A stretch of DNA of 64,000 nucleotides from Azolla caroliniana. Its lineage: Eukaryota > Plantae > Polypodiophyta. Below are positions 62,277 to 64,000 of the stretch, one piece after another. Every line of letters begins with the position of its first letter. The stretch's first letter is position 1. The stretch is from contig JBHGNT010000006.1 in NCBI GenBank assembly GCA_043228905.1, positions 13,268,001 to 13,332,000 of the forward strand, given 5' to 3'. A program made the position numbers and the translations under genes. The notes below the pieces were generated by a model. That model saw only the letters and a program-made list of their open reading frames with translations. It did no database searches and had not been told where the DNA came from.

Positions 62277-64000
62277 AAAACTGTGTTAATCCTTAGGGCC
62301 GGACAACAGCCTAACACAGGGTGTCCACTTAAGACACTTCACCAAAGGGTGTTACAGCGATGATAACTTATGACACAACGCTTAATTGGACCTTAATCGG
62401 TTACTTAGCAAATTAACACGCGTAAGATATACAATAAGCACAGAACGGTGAACAATACTCAATGATTAAACAAAAGGTTTATATTACTCTCCGTTAATGA
62501 CTACATTATAACCGGCCTTTATATAGGTCACCGGTGCGAAGTACAAAATGGTGTCACCTTTTCGGGATCGGTCCAGATCCGGATCGGCATACCGATTCCG
62601 GTCCGTCCGTCCCCATCTTCTCATATATTAATCTATATATTAAGACTAGTAATTTCAACAGATTCCTAAATAACCATTCCCCTTTTCACACCCTGGTCTT
62701 TGCCAGTCGGGTAACATGAACGGACGGACCGGAATCGGTATGCCGATCCGGATCCGGACCGGTTCCGAATAGGTGCCGGTTGACACCGTTTTGTACTTAG
62801 CACCGGTGACCTATATAAAGGCCCGGTTACAATGTAAACCTTTGATGGATAATTAATAGAGCTTCTTGTTTTATCTTTAAGTGTTGATTACCGTTTTGTG
62901 CTAATTGTTCTATCATACGCGTGTATCAAGTTTAATGCCATATTTCTAAGTAACCAATTAAAGTTTGATTAATCGTTGAGTCTTAAGTTATCTCGCCGTA
63001 GCACCCCTTTGGTGAAGTGTCTTCCTTAGACAACCTGTGTTAGGCCATTGTTCGGCCCTAAGGAATAACATAGTTTTTGGCGACCACGATTCCTGCACAA
63101 TCGCAGCGAACAACGGCGGGAATGGATGACTAGACCAATGAATGACCCGGTTACAGAGCGAGCAAGGAGACTTGCTGAACGGCTGAGGAAGCGAGAGGCT
63201 TTCCAGCAAGCGGCAGAAGAAATCAGAGCGGATCACTCATTTTCCAAGGTGATCCGGAGAGTGGCCAAGGAGTCACTTCGTTTACAACAAAATGATTACC
63301 CGGACGAAGGAAGCAGCCTAAGTAGCCTCCGAGAAGCAGAATCCCTTCTCCAGGCATTGGCAGTGGGCGAAGGTGAATCCGAAGCATTTTCGGCTTTTGA
63401 ATCGGGTTCGGAAGGGGAATACATCACGCATACGAAGTACTGCAGTAGTAAGGACACCCTAGACGGACCGGAGGACGAGGAGTCGGATACCTTGCCGACA
63501 TCGGAACCGGAATTGACAAGGCTGGAACCTCCGGCACTGAAAGTCGAGCACACTCCGGAACCAGAAGTCGAGGAGGAGAGGCCTCCAACACCGAAAGAGG
63601 AGCAAGAAAGACCTCCGACGCCGACAGAGGAGGAGGAAAGACCACTGACACCACTAGCCCGCGTACCGACACCAGACGACGATATGTCATTCCAATATCC
63701 CAGATACCGGGATGATTCGGACGCGGAAGCCCACGTTCATGCGTTTCAGTAGACCTGGGAGGCAAACCATGTGTCCCAACGCTTAAATGCGGCCGAAGAG
63801 GAACGCTAAAAAATGGCAGAGTTCGGCATGACCCTGGAGGGACCGGCCGCCAGATGGCACCGAACACAAGATCCCAGCACCATCCCCATGTTTGAAGCAT
63901 TAAAGACCAAATTCTTGCATTTCTTTCACAAGGAGATGGACCAACGGGAAATGGTAGGCCTATTTTACATTATCCGGCAAGAACCAACAGAGAACATTCA

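Larger units (their letters stand above)
47167..62716 (-). mobile_element. Full-length non-chromoviral Ty3/gypsy element G (same family as I), with nested H
   Basis: 433-bp LTRs 47167-47599 and 62284-62716 (~13 mismatches by eye); TSD TGAAC (47162-47166, 62717-62721); order gag-PR-RT-RH-INT plus an extra 3' ORF. Confidence 0.96.
47073..64000 (+). mobile_element. Non-chromoviral Ty3/gypsy element I (5' LTR split by G; continues beyond the window)
   Basis: LTR 47073-47166 + 62722-63070; PBS TGGCGACCACGA 63078-63089; gag from ATG 63126 (FQYPRYRDD..AEAHVHAF). Confidence 0.92.

Noticed and set aside
62200-62280. Functional tRNA gene
   Set aside because: Only positions 38-76 are present, with encoded CCA, and the upstream sequence is antisense gag. 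It is an extended PBS.
39969-64000. Many 100-260-aa antisense or alternate-frame ORFs as novel genes
   Set aside because: Shadow ORFs of GC-rich retrotransposon coding sequence and LTRs, with no independent motifs.

Overview
Eukaryotic land-plant genomic DNA. The mix of retrotransposon types and the TE-inflated intron suggest a non-seed plant such as a fern (inference, not established). There is one host gene: an 8-exon RAB3GAP2-like gene on the minus strand (37814 to 22480, ~490 aa) whose 13,000-bp first intron holds two nested Ty1/copia elements. About three quarters of the window is nested LTR retrotransposons, which I resolved by eye using LTR pairs, PBSs and target-site duplications (TSDs). 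Left nest: Tcn1/sushi-like gypsy (with a hAT MITE inside), then copia A0(+) > copia A1(-) > [solo LTR; gypsy B]; then a full-length copia C. Right nest: MULE-like remnant > copia F(+) > [copia A2(-); gypsy I(+) > gypsy G(-) > gypsy H(+)]. The most unusual signal is the non-chromoviral gypsy family G/H/I. It has no polypurine tract but a conserved motif at that position plus a tRNA T-arm-complementary box, and it carries an extra 3' ORF (PMD-like domain, coiled coil, conserved C-terminal motif). Copy G has captured 39 nt of its primer tRNA. Copy H has replaced RT-RH-INT with an inverted copy of its own U5-PBS, leaving one ~1608-codon Gag-PR-coiled-coil frame. Coordinates and mismatch counts are manual; no searches were run.
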